64,000 nt of DNA from Bacteriovoracaceae bacterium. Lineage in GTDB: Bacteria > Bdellovibrionota > Bacteriovoracia > Bacteriovoracales > Bacteriovoracaceae. The translations under genes and the position numbers were made by a program. The number at the start of each line of letters is the position of its first letter. Position 1 is the stretch's first letter. The stretch spans positions 1,440,001 through 1,504,000 of the forward strand of contig JBLWTJ010000001.1 in NCBI GenBank assembly GCA_048270185.1, given 5' to 3'. Below the pieces are notes generated by a model, which did no database searches, had not been told where the DNA came from, and was given only the letters and a program-made list of their open reading frames with translations. Below are positions 9,345-20,180 of the stretch, piece by piece.

Positions 9345-9445
9345 ACTACAACCCAAGCTTCTATAACTTTACAGGTTGGACTGACAAGACAGACTTTGTC
9401 GACGGATCACACAGACTTCAAATTAATTTACAATTATAATTTTAA

Positions 9446-10252
9446 TTAAAGAATAACGCGACTACGGCTCTCTGAGATTTTTTCTTTAGAGAGTCGTATC
9501 ACTGAAACCCCTTCTTCATCTTTTTGATCAGATAGAACTTCACCCCATGGATTAATAACTAAAGAGTGTCCATAAGTATGGATACCAGGATTATTTTCAC
9601 CACATTGAGCACTGGCGACAACATAGCATTGACCTTCAATAGCACGAGCACGAAGTAAGGTATGCCAATGGGCCTGACCAGTTGGTACAGTGAAAGCTGA
9701 AGCAAAGGTAATTAGATCGACTTTATGATCGTAGTAGTATTGTAGAAATTTTGGATAGCGAAGATCAAAGCAAATAGCGATTCCTATTTTCCAACCAAGA
9801 ACGTCAATAATGAGAGGTGAACTTCCGGCCGTATAAATATCAGCTTCGTTTACTTTCTTACGCTTTGTAATTCCATTCTCATCTACAGTCGTGATGTCAC
9901 AAGAAAATAAATGGCACTTGTCGTAGCTGCCAATAAGACTAGCTTTAGGATCCAAGTTAATGGCCTTATTAAGAATACCTGTATCACTTTTAAAAGCAAC
10001 AGAGCCCCCAATAAGGAAGAGCCCAGAATCACAGGCCAATTGCTTGATGTTATCAATGTGTTCATTGTCCCACTCGACTAAGTAAGGCGAAGGCTTTTTG
10101 CCATCCGAAATTGAATAGAAGCACTCAGGCAAGAAGGCCGCTTGGGCCCCTTGCTCTTTTGCTTGTTTTAAATATTTTTTAATTTTTTCTAGATTTGATT
10201 TGTAATCTAGAGATGAAGAAATTTGAATATTGGCGACGACCAAATCATTCAC
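9446..10252 (-). CDS. Carbon-nitrogen hydrolase (Nit1/deaminated glutathione amidase-like)
   Basis: LPE, YDKCHLF, ICFDLRYP, AFT..TG.AHW..LLRARAIE. Confidence 0.9.
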   Translation of the reverse strand: MNDLVVANIQISSSLDYKSNLEKIKKYLKQAKEQGAQAAFLPECFYSISDGKKPSPYLVEWDNEHIDNIKQLACDSGLFLIGGSVAFKSDTGILNKAINLDPKASLIGSYDKCHLFSCDITTVDENGITKRKKVNEADIYTAGSSPLIIDVLGWKIGIAICFDLRYPKFLQYYYDHKVDLITFASAFTVPTGQAHWHTLLRARAIEGQCYVVASAQCGENNPGIHTYGHSLVINPWGEVLSDQKDEEGVSVIRLSKEKISESRSRVIL

Positions 10253-11568
10253 TAATTGATCTTCTTTCCGATGGCGTAATAAGTGAATCCTTCTTCTAAA
10301 ACTTTACTTGTTTTAAATAGATTTCTTGCATCGAAGATTACTTTTTCATTTAGACGACTAGCAATTTCTGAAAAGTCAGGAGTCGAAAACTCACGCCACT
10401 CAGTTACAGTGACAAGTGCATTTGCTCCACTAAGACAGTCATACTTATTAGTAATTTGCTCTAGTGATGCGTGATATTTCTCATCGATTGCTCTAAAGAA
10501 ATTTGGACCACCTTCAGGATCGAAGAAACGAATCTTTGCACCAGCATCGATTAGAGACTTTGCCATATAGATTGCCGGAGACTCACGAACATCATCCGTA
10601 TTGGCCTTAAAAGCAACTCCCCAAAATGCAAATGTCTTACCACTTAGATCATCTCCGTAGTGCTTCTTAATTTTATCGGCCATATATAATTTTTGTTCGT
10701 CGTTTACATCTTCAGTTGATTCAATCACACGAAGAGTATGCCCATGCTCTTTCGCAGTATGGATTAGGGCCTTAACATCTTTTGGAAAGCAAGAACCACC
10801 ATAACCTGGTCCTGGGTATAAGAAATGAGAACCAATTCTTCGATCACTTGAAATACCTTGGCGGACTTCATTGATATCAGCACCTAAAGTATCACATAGT
10901 CTTGCAATATCATTGATGAATGAAATCTTAGTCGCAAGAAAGCAGTTCGCTGCATACTTTGTCATTTCGGCCGAAAGATTCGACATCATATAGATAGGAT
11001 TCCCTTGTTTTACTAATGGCTCATATAATTCTTCCATTGCATTTGCAGCTTCTGGATCATTATGACCAATAACAACGCGGTCAGGTCTCATAAAGTCTTC
11101 AATCGCAGAACCCTCTTTTAAGAACTCTGGGTTATTCACGATATGAAATTTCTTTGAAGTATTCTTAGAAACTATCTCTTTTACTTTTTCACAAGTTCCA
11201 ATTGGTACAGTTGATTTGATAACAATAATAGCATCATCAGAGATATTCTTTGCAACATCTTCTGCAGCCTTGAAAAGATATGAGAGGTCAGCACTTCCAT
11301 CATCTCCAGACGGAGTACCAACTGCTAAGAAAATTGACTTTGAATCAGCAACTGACTCTAGGCCAGTTGAAAACGAAAGTCGTTCAGCTTTGATATTTCT
11401 TTCTAATAAGTCATTAAGCCCCGGCTCAAATATTGGTGATTCACCACGTCTCATCATGGCCACTTTATTTTCATCGATATCAACACAAGTTACTTTGTGC
11501 CCGATTTCAGCGAAACATGTTCCACTTACTAATCCTACATATCCTGTACCAATTACTGTAATTTTCAA
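10252..11568 (-). CDS. ugd: UDP-glucose 6-dehydrogenase
   Basis: GTGYVG, KSTVP.GT, NPEFLKEG, GYGGSCFPKD. Confidence 0.95.
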   Translation of the reverse strand: MKITVIGTGYVGLVSGTCFAEIGHKVTCVDIDENKVAMMRRGESPIFEPGLNDLLERNIKAERLSFSTGLESVADSKSIFLAVGTPSGDDGSADLSYLFKAAEDVAKNISDDAIIVIKSTVPIGTCEKVKEIVSKNTSKKFHIVNNPEFLKEGSAIEDFMRPDRVVIGHNDPEAANAMEELYEPLVKQGNPIYMMSNLSAEMTKYAANCFLATKISFINDIARLCDTLGADINEVRQGISSDRRIGSHFLYPGPGYGGSCFPKDVKALIHTAKEHGHTLRVIESTEDVNDEQKLYMADKIKKHYGDDLSGKTFAFWGVAFKANTDDVRESPAIYMAKSLIDAGAKIRFFDPEGGPNFFRAIDEKYHASLEQITNKYDCLSGANALVTVTEWREFSTPDFSEIASRLNEKVIFDARNLFKTSKVLEEGFTYYAIGKKIN

Positions 11569-11649
11569 CGTTCTTCCTTTTTTAAAAATTGGTATTAGAT
11601 TAGCACTATTTATGCTAAGTTTTAAGCCTTTAGAAGGGAAATTAACATT

Positions 11650-12639
11650 ATGCTCAAAGCGTCATTAAAAGTTATATTTGCGGCGGCCATTCTTGTCTGG
11701 CTAGTTAAATCTGATAAACTAGAATTTAACCTAATTGGCCAATTACTTGAAAACGCTCATTGGGCAATTCTGGCATATATTCTTCTCATTCTTAATATTA
11801 TTCTCTCTGGTTATCGTTGGCTCACGCTAATTGAAACCAAGTCAAAAAGAGTAAAATTTAAAAACATCATTCCGATAAATTTTATCGGACAATTCTTTTC
11901 AACTTTCCTGCCAGGAGCCGTGACAGGTGATCTCTTAAAACTTGTTTATGTTCGTGATATCGATAAAGATTTAACAAAATCATTTCTCTTAGGTACTGTT
12001 CTAATCGATCGAATCATCGGCCTCATCGGACTTATTTTTGTGGCCGGAATTTCCTCAATTATTTTTTACAGTGACCTTGTTTCATTATCTCCAAAGATAA
12101 AACCACTAATATCTTTTAATATCATGCTGCTAGTAGGTGCACTCTTCTTCTTAGTCATTCTCTTTCTACGCAAGAGCCTGAAACATAAAGTTATAGAGCT
12201 AATTAGAATCCTGCCATATATTGGTGATAAGCTTGCCGATATTACAAAAACATTCTGGGCGTTCGGAGAAGATAAAGGATTAATCCTTAAAGCAATTGGC
12301 CTATCACTAGTTGTCCATGCCATGGCCATCACTTCTTTCTGGTCACTCATTCATGTATTTGCAAGTGCTCACTTAAATATTTCTCAACTTTTCAGTATGG
12401 TACCAATTGGTTTTATTTCAATTGCAATACCTATTGCCCCATCTGGAGCAGGAGTTGGTCACTTAGTATTTGAAGAATTATTTAAGTTAATTGGCCAGGC
12501 CAAAGGTGCTTCATTCTTCAACCTATACTTTCTAACAATGCTGACAGTGAATTTAGTTGGTGTTATTCCATATATTTTCTGGAAGAAAAAACATTCAATT
12601 GATGAAGCTAATGAGTTTGAAGAAGCTGTCTCTAATTAG
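11650..12639 (+). CDS. Lysylphosphatidylglycerol synthase TM-region (YbhN/flippase-like) membrane protein
   Basis: Multi-TM; RW..L, IGQFFS.FLPG..GD..K, DR.IG, IPI.P.GAG. Confidence 0.8.
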   Translation: MLKASLKVIFAAAILVWLVKSDKLEFNLIGQLLENAHWAILAYILLILNIILSGYRWLTLIETKSKRVKFKNIIPINFIGQFFSTFLPGAVTGDLLKLVYVRDIDKDLTKSFLLGTVLIDRIIGLIGLIFVAGISSIIFYSDLVSLSPKIKPLISFNIMLLVGALFFLVILFLRKSLKHKVIELIRILPYIGDKLADITKTFWAFGEDKGLILKAIGLSLVVHAMAITSFWSLIHVFASAHLNISQLFSMVPIGFISIAIPIAPSGAGVGHLVFEELFKLIGQAKGASFFNLYFLTMLTVNLVGVIPYIFWKKKHSIDEANEFEEAVSN

Positions 12640-13253
12640 AAAACAAAAATTTTCTTTGGATCAATATGTCCATACTGACGCCACTTTGTTTTTAGTGCTT
12701 CAATCTTTAATAAGAATTGAAGGTCACGTGTACGATCATTTAATTTTCTAACTTTCTTTGATTCCTTAACAAGAGGCGCCCTAGCATCATAAGGAAGTAC
12801 AGAAATGTCATCTAAGAGCATTGTCTTTCCTTCATGAGTAATCGTTCTTGCAATGAAGAGATCATCCTTAACTAATTGTAGAGTGAACTCATTCTTTGGA
12901 ATATAGAATTTTGTATTATGTAGGATGTCCTTAAAAACATGTTTCTTAAAGAGATTTTGCCCACGGTACTCAAAGAGTGAATGATTAATATTTAACATTG
13001 CCTCTTTTTGACTTTCTTCAATTGGAATATCTGATAGATAAGATGAAATAAGAGGGCCATTGCCGTCATTCTTCTTTTGAGTAATATACCAGTAAACGAA
13101 ACCATTCATACGTGAATCGTAGTCTTCATCTTCCTCAGATAATTTACCAGCTAATTTAAAGTATTCTTCTTTAGCAGACTTTAGTCTCTCGTAATAGTCA
13201 TCTGACGAGAACCTTGTCACTGCATTATCTAAAATACTTCTTAATTCTTCCAT
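12636..13253 (-). CDS. Hypothetical protein
   Basis: 205-aa ORF 2 nt downstream of lepA; no recognised motif. Confidence 0.7.
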   Translation of the reverse strand: MEELRSILDNAVTRFSSDDYYERLKSAKEEYFKLAGKLSEEDEDYDSRMNGFVYWYITQKKNDGNGPLISSYLSDIPIEESQKEAMLNINHSLFEYRGQNLFKKHVFKDILHNTKFYIPKNEFTLQLVKDDLFIARTITHEGKTMLLDDISVLPYDARAPLVKESKKVRKLNDRTRDLQFLLKIEALKTKWRQYGHIDPKKIFVF

Positions 13254-13255
13254 GA

Positions 13256-15076
13256 TTATTTTTTCCCACCACTTTCTTCATCAGTCGATAAAACGGCCAA
13301 GAATGCTTCCTGAGGAACTTCAACAGATCCAACCATCTTCATTCTCTTCTTTCCTTCTTTTTGTTTTTCAAGAAGTTTTCTCTTACGTGAAACGTCTCCA
13401 CCATAACACTTAGCAAGTACGTTCTTTCTAAGGGCCTTAACTGTTTCACGGGCTACAATTTTAGCACCGATTGCTGCCTGTATGGCAATATCAAATTGCT
13501 GACGGTCAATGATTTTTCTTAAGCGCCCAACAAGGTCACGACCTTTATAGTAAGCATTATCTGTGTGGCAAATAATAGATAAGGCATCAACCTTCTCTCC
13601 ATTTAAGAGAACATCAACTTTAACAAGTTTAGAAGGAGCATAGTCCTTAAACTCGTAATCCATTGAGGCGTATCCTTTTGTGTAACTCTTAAGCTTATCG
13701 TAGAAGTCAAAGACCATTTCACTAAGTGGAAGATCATAAGTAACTTGTACACGTTCTTCAGTGATATATTTCATATCAGTTTGAATCCCTCGCTTTTCTT
13801 CACAAAGGCGAATGATTTTTCCAACATATTCATTTGGCACGTGAATCGAAATTGAAACCATTGGCTCCGTAATCTCTTCAAACGAACCTGGTTCAGGCAT
13901 TGTCGAAGGGTTTTCAACATCAACAATTGTTCCATCATTCATTTGAACTTTGTAAGACACGGATGGTGCTGTTGAAATAAGGTTTAGAGCAAATTCTCTC
14001 TCAAGTCTTTCTTGAATAATATTCATGTGAAGAAGACCTAAGAAACCACAACGGAAACCAAAACCTAGTGCCTGAGAAGTTTCAGGCTCATATGTAAAAG
14101 ACGAATCGTTAAGAGCTAGCTTCTCAAGTGCATCTTTTAAAATTTCGTAATCATTAGATTCAACAGGGAAGATACCACAAAAAACCATTGGTTTTACTTC
14201 TTCGTATCCACCTAAACTTGGAGTATCTTTCTTCTTAGCATTAACAACAGTATCCCCAACTTTTACATCGCGAATATTCTTAATACCACAGATAACCATC
14301 CCTACTTCACCTGCACCTAGTTCATTTACTTCAGTAAAGAATGGTGTGTTTACAGCAAGCTTTAGTACTTCATATTCCTGCTCAGAGTTTTTAAGATAGA
14401 TCATATCTTTCTTTGAAAGCTTTCCTTCAACAACTCTTAATAAGAAAATTACACCTTGATATGGATCAAACCATGAATCAAAAATTAGACCTTGAAGATC
14501 TGCATTTGGATTACCTTTAGGTGAAGGAATTTTTGCCACAATTGATTCAAGAAGATCTTCAACACCAAGACCAGACTTTGCTGAAACTTCATCAGCATCT
14601 AAGGCTTCAATACCAACAACATCTTCAATCTCTTGCTTAACACGGTCTGCATCAGCGTGGGGAAGATCAATCTTATTTAGAACAGGCATGATCTCAAGAT
14701 CATTTTCCATGGCCATATAAACATTTGCTAAAGTCTGTGCTTCAACACCTTGAGAAGCATCAACAACAAGTAGCGCTCCATCACATGACGCCAAAGAGCG
14801 TGAAACTTCATAAGAGAAGTCCACGTGACCCGGAGTATCGATAATATTAAGATAGTAAGTTTGACCATCACGCGCTTTGTAATTAAGACGAACTGTTTGG
14901 GCCTTAATTGTAATCCCACGCTCTTTTTCAAGCTCCATATTATCAAGAATTCGATCTGATTTTTCACGATCTGTAATGGAACCTGTCTTTTCAATTAATC
15001 TGTCGGCAAGTGTCGACTTCCCATGGTCAATATGGGCAATAATAGAAAAGTTTCTAATAAATTTACTATCAATCAT
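13256..15076 (-). CDS. lepA: Elongation factor 4 (LepA)
   Basis: [57 protein letters not shown]. Confidence 0.98.
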   Translation of the reverse strand: MIDSKFIRNFSIIAHIDHGKSTLADRLIEKTGSITDREKSDRILDNMELEKERGITIKAQTVRLNYKARDGQTYYLNIIDTPGHVDFSYEVSRSLASCDGALLVVDASQGVEAQTLANVYMAMENDLEIMPVLNKIDLPHADADRVKQEIEDVVGIEALDADEVSAKSGLGVEDLLESIVAKIPSPKGNPNADLQGLIFDSWFDPYQGVIFLLRVVEGKLSKKDMIYLKNSEQEYEVLKLAVNTPFFTEVNELGAGEVGMVICGIKNIRDVKVGDTVVNAKKKDTPSLGGYEEVKPMVFCGIFPVESNDYEILKDALEKLALNDSSFTYEPETSQALGFGFRCGFLGLLHMNIIQERLEREFALNLISTAPSVSYKVQMNDGTIVDVENPSTMPEPGSFEEITEPMVSISIHVPNEYVGKIIRLCEEKRGIQTDMKYITEERVQVTYDLPLSEMVFDFYDKLKSYTKGYASMDYEFKDYAPSKLVKVDVLLNGEKVDALSIICHTDNAYYKGRDLVGRLRKIIDRQQFDIAIQAAIGAKIVARETVKALRKNVLAKCYGGDVSRKRKLLEKQKEGKKRMKMVGSVEVPQEAFLAVLSTDEESGGKK

Positions 15077-15178
15077 TGAACTATAACTCCGCTAAATTCC
15101 ACGAATCATAGCATAATTTTCAAAGGATAACTATAGATAACGGGATATTCAGGCTCCCAAATTAAGCTTAATAAGCTC

Positions 15179-16411
15179 TTATGAAGCCTGAACCTCTTTT
15201 GACATAACCATTAGGTAATAATCTAGTGACGACTCGCGTCCACGAATTGGAATTACTGACGCATAGCCCTCATAAATATATTCAACAACTTCTTCTACTT
15301 CTTCAACTTCTGAAGCAGCTTCGTCACCTTCAATATCGACTTTGACTGAGATTTTATCACCAACTTCCTTATCAGATTTCGTCGCGTCATCGCGTTTAGC
15401 AATCTTGATCTCTTGGTTTTCAATCTTTGAACGACGCTTAATAGCAAGTTCGTAAGTTTCAATAATACACTGAGGAATAATTGAGTCTGTCATCACCTTA
15501 CCAATTGTATCTTCAGATTGAACCTGAAGAAGTTGGTAGATCTGATTATTCATATACATCAACTCACCCTTGGCATTCGTTAAAAGAACAGGTCTTTTAA
15601 CCATATTGGCAAGTACATCAAATTTTCTATTTTCAACGACAATCTTATCCGCTCGCAATTCTTCAAACTTCTTAAATGAGTGAATCATCTTATTCATTTC
15701 CTGAGCGATTTCTCCAATTTCATCATCTTGAGAGTAATAGATCGAGACGTCAAAGTTACAATCCTGAAGCTCACGAATAGCATCTTTAATCTTTTTAAAT
15801 GGCAGTGCAATCTTTCCAGGAATAACAAGTCCAAGAATTATCGTCCACAGGAAAGCAATGATAAGAGTTACCATCATCTTTCTCTTAGTTTCGTTAATAA
15901 CGCCTTTAATTTTTTCTTCACGTTCAACGTTTTGGTAATACTGAATATCTTGAAACTCAGAAAATGCATCGAGAATCTTATCTGCTAACTCTCCAATTGA
16001 AGTCATACCGATATTATTTCGGTGAAACAAGGACGCTTTACTTAGAATTACTTTTAAAGAGTCAGTATAAGATAACATCTGTGCAATGATCTTCTTCACT
16101 TCTGGTTCATCATAGTGAGTATCAAGTCTTTGCAGTTGTGAAGTAAAAGACTCACAAAGATTTAAAATACGCTCAACCATTTCAGGAGTTGGCTTCTTTG
16201 TAAGAATCCTTCTTTGATTCTTTAAGATGGCAACAGCTGAGATTCTAACCTCGTCAGTAATTAGAGTTACTTTATTTGAGCGATCTGTAATTGATTCAAT
16301 TTCTTTATTAAGACTACTTAAATGATGGAAAACGATGAACGCAAGAAGTACAACCACGGCAGCGGCCAGTGAGAAACTTGTTGCAACTCGATTTCTTAAT
16401 GATAAATTCAA
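15179..16411 (-). CDS. Membrane sensor: TM-helical ectodomain-TM-HAMP-PAS, no kinase domain
   Basis: Two TM segments; HAMP (P.KKI..AI..L...NF....DDEIGEIA...NKM); PAS-like start (VLLTNAKGELMYMN); no H-box or ATPase boxes. Confidence 0.7.
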   Translation of the reverse strand: MNLSLRNRVATSFSLAAAVVVLLAFIVFHHLSSLNKEIESITDRSNKVTLITDEVRISAVAILKNQRRILTKKPTPEMVERILNLCESFTSQLQRLDTHYDEPEVKKIIAQMLSYTDSLKVILSKASLFHRNNIGMTSIGELADKILDAFSEFQDIQYYQNVEREEKIKGVINETKRKMMVTLIIAFLWTIILGLVIPGKIALPFKKIKDAIRELQDCNFDVSIYYSQDDEIGEIAQEMNKMIHSFKKFEELRADKIVVENRKFDVLANMVKRPVLLTNAKGELMYMNNQIYQLLQVQSEDTIGKVMTDSIIPQCIIETYELAIKRRSKIENQEIKIAKRDDATKSDKEVGDKISVKVDIEGDEAASEVEEVEEVVEYIYEGYASVIPIRGRESSLDYYLMVMSKEVQAS

Positions 16412-16435
16412 TTTCTTTCCCCTTTAAGCTTCATT

Positions 16436-17131
16436 CTAGGCATCCTCTAGATCAGCGAAAAGTTTATTAAAGTTCTTCTCACTTCCAACGAGAACAACAA
16501 TATCATCTGATTCGATAATATCCATCGGCATTGGACAATCGTTAATCTCCATACGATAAGCAGACTTACCGTCCTCAGTGATATATGGAACCTTCTTTTG
16601 AAGGGCAACGATATTTAGAGAATAATTTTGTCTAATCTTGCTCTCAACAAGTGTCTTCCCTTCAAACTTCTTTCCAAGCTTAAGTTCGACAATTGAGTAA
16701 CCAGCAGCAAAGTTATAACGTTGAAGAACGTGTGGAGCAATAATTTTAGATGCAACGATCTCCCCCATCTCCTCTTCAACTTTAATAATTTCAGAAGCAC
16801 CAATTTCATGAAGAACGTGTTCATGAAGCTTTGAAGTAGCACGAGCAATAACACGACCAACACCAAGCTTACGAAGCATTGTTACGGCCATAATCGACAT
16901 CTGGATATTATCCCCAATAGCAACAACAGCAGTATCAACATCTGAGATATTTACCGAACGTAGTGATCTCTCATCTGTTACATCAAGCTGAACAGCGTGA
17001 GTTGTACGATCTTTAATTTTATCAACAAGCTCGTCATTTTTATCAATGGCAATTACCTCGGCACCTTTTTCAAAAAGTCCCACCGCAGTTTTTGCACCAA
17101 ATGTTCCAAGCCCGATAACAGCTACTAGCAT
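16436..17131 (-). CDS. trkA: Trk/Ktr K+ uptake NAD-binding (RCK) subunit
   Basis: VIGLGTFG, EVIAID, VVAIG, LHEIGA; TrkA_C domain. Confidence 0.9.
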   Translation of the reverse strand: MLVAVIGLGTFGAKTAVGLFEKGAEVIAIDKNDELVDKIKDRTTHAVQLDVTDERSLRSVNISDVDTAVVAIGDNIQMSIMAVTMLRKLGVGRVIARATSKLHEHVLHEIGASEIIKVEEEMGEIVASKIIAPHVLQRYNFAAGYSIVELKLGKKFEGKTLVESKIRQNYSLNIVALQKKVPYITEDGKSAYRMEINDCPMPMDIIESDDIVVLVGSEKNFNKLFADLEDA

Positions 17132-17151
17132 ATTTTATCCTTTATAGTATT

Positions 17152-18939
17152 TTAACCAATCATTATTCTTCCGTCAGGATAGTCTAATTTACCTGAGTAT
17201 TTCTGTCTCTCACCAATAGCTAAGATTAATGTGAGTGGTCCAATTCGTCCAATAAGCATTAGGATCGAAATCGCAATTTTTCCTGCAATCGTTAAATACG
17301 GAGTAACCCCAAGAGTTAGACCGACTGTCCCACTAGCACTTAAGACCTCAAAAAAGAGAGGCAAGAAGTTTTGATTCGGCTCAATTTTCATCATGACAAA
17401 AATAAATGCTGTCGAAACGATAATTGAGATAAACATTAGCGCCGTGGCCTTGACAACAACAGGTCCAGCAATCTTGCGATCAAACATCATAACACTCTTA
17501 TCACCTTTAAGTGTCGATATAATTGATTGAACAAGAATAGCAAGAGTTGTTGTCTTTACCCCACCGGCAGTTGACCCAGGGGATCCACCAATGAACATAA
17601 ACATTGCCATCATATAAATTGTATAAGAATGAAGATTACTTAGTGGAATTGTATTAAATCCTGCCGTTCTTAAAGTTATTGATTGAAACATCGAAATTTG
17701 AATCTTGTCCCAAATATCGTACCCATCAAGAGACCATAAGAATTCACCAAAGAAGATAAAGATAGCTCCACCAATTGTTAAAGCAAATGATGTAATAAGA
17801 ACGACCTTTGTATGCATTCCTAATCGAACAAGTGTTTTCTCTCTTGTAACGACTTGTTTAAGTTCTTTAAGTGCAATAAAGCCAATACCACCAAGTGTAA
17901 TAAGTGTTCCAATCGTAATATTGATAAGTGGGTTTGTTGCGTAATTTTCGAGAGAATTATCAAAAAGAGCAAAACCAGCATTACAAAAAGCTGAAACACT
18001 GTGGAAAAATCCGTAATATAAAGCTTGCCCAAACTCAAAGCCTTCAAATGTAAATGCTAGAGTTAAAATAATGGCACCCCATAATTCAATAATAAAAGTA
18101 TATTTAACAATACTGATAATCATTGCAAAGAGCTCTTCAAGAGATGAAACGTCGAGAAGATCTTGCATAATGATACGATCCTTCATCTTCATTGATCGCC
18201 CTAGAACGATGGCCATTGAAGAATAAAGAGTCATTATTGAAAGTCCACCAATTTGAATAAGCCCCAAGATAACAAGTTGGCCAACCATACTAAAGCTTCC
18301 ACTCGTACTTAAAGTAGCAAGACCAGTAACACAGGTTGCTGAAGTTGCAGTGAAAAGAGCATCCACAAAACTTATTTCAACACCTTCTGCAGCAGAAAGT
18401 GGTAGCATCAAGAGAATCGTTCCAACCATGATAACCCCACCAAAGGTAAGGAGTACGAGCTGGGCCGATGTTAATTTTATTTTACCTAATATAATATCAA
18501 CACGACTCTTATAATCCCTTGGAACGGTTTCACCACCATCATCATAAAGGGAAAGAACAGTTGAGAGTAAGTGAGCACTTGCTAAGAGATAAGTGAATTC
18601 AACATCTCCCCAAGTGATAAGGGTTGGGACAAAAACTAAAAGTGAAAACGCATACTTTCTAAAGAAGTCTTCACCATTCTTAGAGTCTATAATATTTCGA
18701 ATAACCGTTAAGGCAATGGCAACCGGCACGATCCAAACCATGAGATCGAGAGTATTAGTTATGAACTTCTGATTCCAACTAGCAGGTATTTTCTTACCTT
18801 GATACAAGGTATATAAGAGGATAAAACTACCATTGAAAAAAAGTTCAAATAAGAATGACAATTTTTGTAATAATGATGCCATGTTATTTAATAATATTAC
18901 TAATTTAGCTAAGTTGATACTTATAGCAGATTGAGACAT
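17152..18939 (-). CDS. trkH: Trk/Ktr K+ uptake membrane subunit with extra N-terminal TM region
   Basis: FTATSATCVTGL, SAFCNAGF, RTAGF, GGSPGSTAGG.KTTT, SA.GTVGL; alternative start ATG at 18882. Confidence 0.92.
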   Translation of the reverse strand: MSQSAISINLAKLVILLNNMASLLQKLSFLFELFFNGSFILLYTLYQGKKIPASWNQKFITNTLDLMVWIVPVAIALTVIRNIIDSKNGEDFFRKYAFSLLVFVPTLITWGDVEFTYLLASAHLLSTVLSLYDDGGETVPRDYKSRVDIILGKIKLTSAQLVLLTFGGVIMVGTILLMLPLSAAEGVEISFVDALFTATSATCVTGLATLSTSGSFSMVGQLVILGLIQIGGLSIMTLYSSMAIVLGRSMKMKDRIIMQDLLDVSSLEELFAMIISIVKYTFIIELWGAIILTLAFTFEGFEFGQALYYGFFHSVSAFCNAGFALFDNSLENYATNPLINITIGTLITLGGIGFIALKELKQVVTREKTLVRLGMHTKVVLITSFALTIGGAIFIFFGEFLWSLDGYDIWDKIQISMFQSITLRTAGFNTIPLSNLHSYTIYMMAMFMFIGGSPGSTAGGVKTTTLAILVQSIISTLKGDKSVMMFDRKIAGPVVVKATALMFISIIVSTAFIFVMMKIEPNQNFLPLFFEVLSASGTVGLTLGVTPYLTIAGKIAISILMLIGRIGPLTLILAIGERQKYSGKLDYPDGRIMIG

Positions 18940-18947
18940 ATTTTCCT

Positions 18948-20093
18948 ATGACTAAAAAGAAGAAACCAAATAAAGTAATCAAGTTTCCAGTTCAGTTTAA
19001 AATTGAGCACCTCGACTCAATTGGACAAGGTGTCTCCAAAGCAGAGCAAATCACTTTCATCCAAAAGGTACTCCCCGGAGAAGAAGGTATTGCTGAGGTC
19101 TTTAAATCTAAGAAGAATATTCAATTTGCTAAAATGACCGAACTAACTAAGAAGTCCGACCAACGTACTACTTCTGATTGCCCCCACTACGATGAATGTG
19201 GAGGTTGCCATTTCTTACATACTAGTTATGAGAATGAACTTTCTTTTAAAAAACAATCTTATCTCGATAACTTTCAGCGACAGTATAAAATAGACCTTAG
19301 TGATTTATTACAAATTCATGCGGCTAAAGATCGCTATCACTATCGAAATCGTATTCAGCTACACTACGATAAAAATAGTCACGCACTAGGCTTTCACAAT
19401 GAAGACAACTCAAGAATTACACCGATAGAAAGTTGTTTGATGGCCAATGATGCTGTTAATGAAGAGTTATCAACACTTCATAGTTCATGGAAAAAAGAAG
19501 CCAAGAAAAAGAAGGGACATGTTGAAATCTTTCAAAGAGATGGAAAGATTTTAAAAACTTACGATTCATATTATTCGGCCCAAGGATTTTTACAGGTCAA
19601 CCCACCTATGAACCACAAGCTACTAAGTCTTCTTGAAGAAAAAATGCTAGCTTGGACAAGCGATGAATCTACAACAGTAGACCTCTTTGGTGGAAATGGG
19701 AATATAACAAAGGCCCTACAGCACCGAACACTTGTTCTTGATGCTACCCCCGAGAAATATATAAAACTTCAAAATCCTAACTACCAAGAATACTTTGAAC
19801 TCGATATATATCATAAGAGCGCTATTGACCGACTAAAGAAGTTTGCTATCAAGGATATTGACTTGCTTGTTATCGACCCACCTCGTAGTGGAATTAAAAA
19901 TATTGATGAGTTCGTATCTTTGCTCAACCCCAAGTACATTATTTATGTAAGTTGTAACAATCAAACACTTGCTCGTGATACAAGTAAAATTCTTGAAGAT
20001 TATGAAATTTTAGAGGCCCATCTTTTTGACTTCTTCCCGAGTACCAGACATTACGAGTCAGTTAATTTCTTCAAGCATAGGAAAGCTTTGTAA
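18948..20093 (+). CDS. RNA m5U methyltransferase (RlmD/TrmA family)
   Basis: TRAM-like N-terminus, CPHYDECGGC Fe-S motif, YRNR, FLQVN, DPPRSG, YVSCN, FFP.T.H.E. Confidence 0.88.
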   Translation: MTKKKKPNKVIKFPVQFKIEHLDSIGQGVSKAEQITFIQKVLPGEEGIAEVFKSKKNIQFAKMTELTKKSDQRTTSDCPHYDECGGCHFLHTSYENELSFKKQSYLDNFQRQYKIDLSDLLQIHAAKDRYHYRNRIQLHYDKNSHALGFHNEDNSRITPIESCLMANDAVNEELSTLHSSWKKEAKKKKGHVEIFQRDGKILKTYDSYYSAQGFLQVNPPMNHKLLSLLEEKMLAWTSDESTTVDLFGGNGNITKALQHRTLVLDATPEKYIKLQNPNYQEYFELDIYHKSAIDRLKKFAIKDIDLLVIDPPRSGIKNIDEFVSLLNPKYIIYVSCNNQTLARDTSKILEDYEILEAHLFDFFPSTRHYESVNFFKHRKAL

Positions 20094-20180
20094 GCACTTA
20101 ATTTAGCGTTGTAATGCCCCTTGAATACCATTACAATATTAGTAGGTAATTCCCTATTAATTTAATAACTTTGGTGTTTT

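Noticed and set aside
11216..11668. 150-aa plus-strand ORF and similar antisense ORFs (e.g. 22704, 34726, 62345)
   Set aside because: Shadow ORFs opposite well-supported genes, with no RBS or motifs.
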